Source: a virus. Taken from it: a stretch of DNA of 64,000 bases. The translations under genes and the position numbers were made by a program. The stretch is from positions 1-64,000 of IMG/VR virus record IMGVR_UViG_3300005758_000132; one strand, given 5' to 3'. Shown piece after piece: positions 62,333 through 64,000 of the stretch. Within the stretch, counting starts at the first letter, position 1, and every line of letters starts with the position of its first letter. The notes beneath the pieces are model-generated. The model saw only the letters and a list, made by a program, of their open reading frames with translations, ran no database searches and had not been told where the DNA came from.

Positions 62333-63034
62333 TCAAATACCCAGCTCATCAACGAACAGCGAGAAACGCTCTCCGATAGTGATAGCCGCCGGGTACTTTG
62401 ACTTGAGATGCTTCACGAGCCGATGGAACTTTTCCTGCTGCGTCTCAGTGTCGAAAACAACGTTGTACTGAATGACTGGCGGCGGAGTGTCCAAGCTAGC
62501 GCTGAGCTCGTCTTTTCCGGCGTCCTCTGGCTTTAGCTTTTCCTTGGACGGCTTGATATCCTCCGCGAGGACGTCAGCTGTCGAAAACGCGGCGATCAGC
62601 TCGTCAAGCCTCACGTCGACTAAAACGTCTGTGTCAAAGGTTGACGATCCTTGAAGCTCGCCTAGAAGCTCCTCTAGCTTGCTATCATCCCAGGTTCCCT
62701 GGATAGCAGGATTGTTGAGCGTTAGATTAGCGGCTCGCTCCTGCTCCTCGTCGAAGTCAACCACCTTGACCTCGACCTCTTTCTCCCCGAGCGCTTTGAG
62801 CGCTTCGAGCCGCTGGTGGCCGCCGACCACTCTGCCCGTTCGGATATTCCATACGATGGGCTGCATCTCTCCAAACACAGCCAATGAATTCTGGAGACCC
62901 TCTAGCGCGTGCTTAGTGATCTTTCGCGGGTTGTAGTCCGCTGGGATGAGATCGTCGATATCGATGACCCTAGAAGGCCAGCGCTTTACGAGGTTTGAAA
63001 TAGGTTGTTGCGGCTGCTTTTTACCCTTAGGCAT
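62333..63034 (-). CDS. ParB/Srx-like N-terminal domain protein (paralog of 28353..29069)
   Basis: YNPR..QPIVWN..VVGGHQRL; AGGAG RBS before ATG 63034. Confidence 0.88.
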   Translation of the reverse strand: MPKGKKQPQQPISNLVKRWPSRVIDIDDLIPADYNPRKITKHALEGLQNSLAVFGEMQPIVWNIRTGRVVGGHQRLEALKALGEKEVEVKVVDFDEEQERAANLTLNNPAIQGTWDDSKLEELLGELQGSSTFDTDVLVDVRLDELIAAFSTADVLAEDIKPSKEKLKPEDAGKDELSASLDTPPPVIQYNVVFDTETQQEKFHRLVKHLKSKYPAAITIGERFSLFVDELGI

Positions 63035-63051
63035 ACTAATTCTCCTGATAA

Positions 63052-64000
63052 TTACTGAGCGAGCCAATCGTTCAGCTCGTCCCACACCTGAACCTCGCGC
63101 ACCTGCTCACGCTCTACCGCACGCTGCGCGATTCCGTCGTTGCGTACCTTAGCCGCGCGCTGCTCGTATTGCTCCGCGTCTTCATCGACTTTTCGCACGG
63201 GCTTCTGATCTATCGTCTCCGTAATCAGCGCGGTCATAGCGGTATTCATCGGCACGATATCTGCGAGACCGAAATGACGCTCGCCTAGTCGACGTCTACA
63301 ACCGTCCCACGCCATGTAGACGCTCATTGCTCGGTCGCCAGTGTGTACGCTTGGATCAGGCGAGTAATGCAGCAGGTCCTGAATCCAGGCCTCTACCTCG
63401 TGGTGCACCTCGCGATAGTCGCCGCAAGGTATCGACCAGAGCTTAGCCTTCATCTCTACGCCGATGCCCTCAATACCCCACTTCGGGTTGTGCTTGTCGC
63501 CCGTAGTCGTGAACGGAACAACCTTACGCCGCAGGTCTGGCGGGAAGGTCAGACCAAAGCCGGAGAGATCGCCCTTTAGCGCGCGCGAAATAACTACCTG
63601 CGCGCCGTTGCTCTCGACGAAAATAAATCGCGGATTCCACTGCTCGTTCGCTAGCACGATATTGCTGAGCAAATCGTCGAGCATCCAGCGCCCCGACTTT
63701 ATCTGTATCAGCTCTACCCTACCGACACTGTCCACCGCGATCACGCTGATAGCAGAGCGGTCACCACGCTTCTCGATATCTGCGAACGCCAAGTCTACCC
63801 CCACGTAGAACGCGCGCTCGTCGTTTTCTAGGCGCTCTGAACGCATCAGGGCTACCCGGTGCTCATCCACCATGCCAGCGAGCCTGGGGACCTTACAGCC
63901 ATCAAACCACTCGCGCTTGAAGCGCGATGTAGCGTCAGACGTGGTGAGGCACTCGAACGCGCGCGCAGCTTCCGCGGGTGGAAGACTTGCGTAAGCCCTA
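63052..64000 (-). CDS. terL: Terminase large subunit, C-terminal nuclease part (5'-truncated)
   Basis: Frame open to the window end; AFEC..FKREW, VGVDLA, FVESNGAQ, GDRAMS. Confidence 0.9.
   Translation of the reverse strand, partial: RAYASLPPAEAARAFECLTTSDATSRFKREWFDGCKVPRLAGMVDEHRVALMRSERLENDERAFYVGVDLAFADIEKRGDRSAISVIAVDSVGRVELIQIKSGRWMLDDLLSNIVLANEQWNPRFIFVESNGAQVVISRALKGDLSGFGLTFPPDLRRKVVPFTTTGDKHNPKWGIEGIGVEMKAKLWSIPCGDYREVHHEVEAWIQDLLHYSPDPSVHTGDRAMSVYMAWDGCRRRLGERHFGLADIVPMNTAMTALITETIDQKPVRKVDEDAEQYEQRAAKVRNDGIAQRAVEREQVREVQVWDELNDWLAQ

Overview
The window is a 64-kb piece of a large tailed phage genome with a contractile tail; no host genes were seen. Most of it is a minus-strand morphogenesis region of SPO1/Herelleviridae-like type. 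Read right to left it runs: terminase (C-terminal part), portal, Mu gpF-like protein, prohead protease, scaffold, major capsid, neck, sheath and tube, chaperones, tape measure, baseplate, fibres. A plus-strand island of about 9 kb splits the tail module. It holds promoter-driven early genes, an intein-bearing chimeric ORF, tRNA-Leu(UAA) and a ParB/TET-JBP/PIG-L/glycosyltransferase DNA-hypermodification operon. Three signals stand out. (1) Seven head-region genes share a ~30-aa module, PPxG(F/Y)xP(I/V)PGSKxGG(F/Y/W)xK...(T/Y)WYP. It is fused to unrelated payloads: topoisomerase IB, ADP-ribosyltransferase, a CCA/poly(A)-polymerase-like nucleotidyltransferase, a pseudokinase and a zinc peptidase. 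Putative prohead-protease K|[ASG] sites flank the modules, which suggests an address-plus-cargo system for head-packaged effectors. (2) A ~460-nt highly structured minus-strand non-coding RNA candidate has its own promoter and terminator. (3) The TET/JBP plus GT operon includes a deacetylase, which points to an amino-sugar DNA modification. All assignments come from motif recognition by eye; no searches were run.
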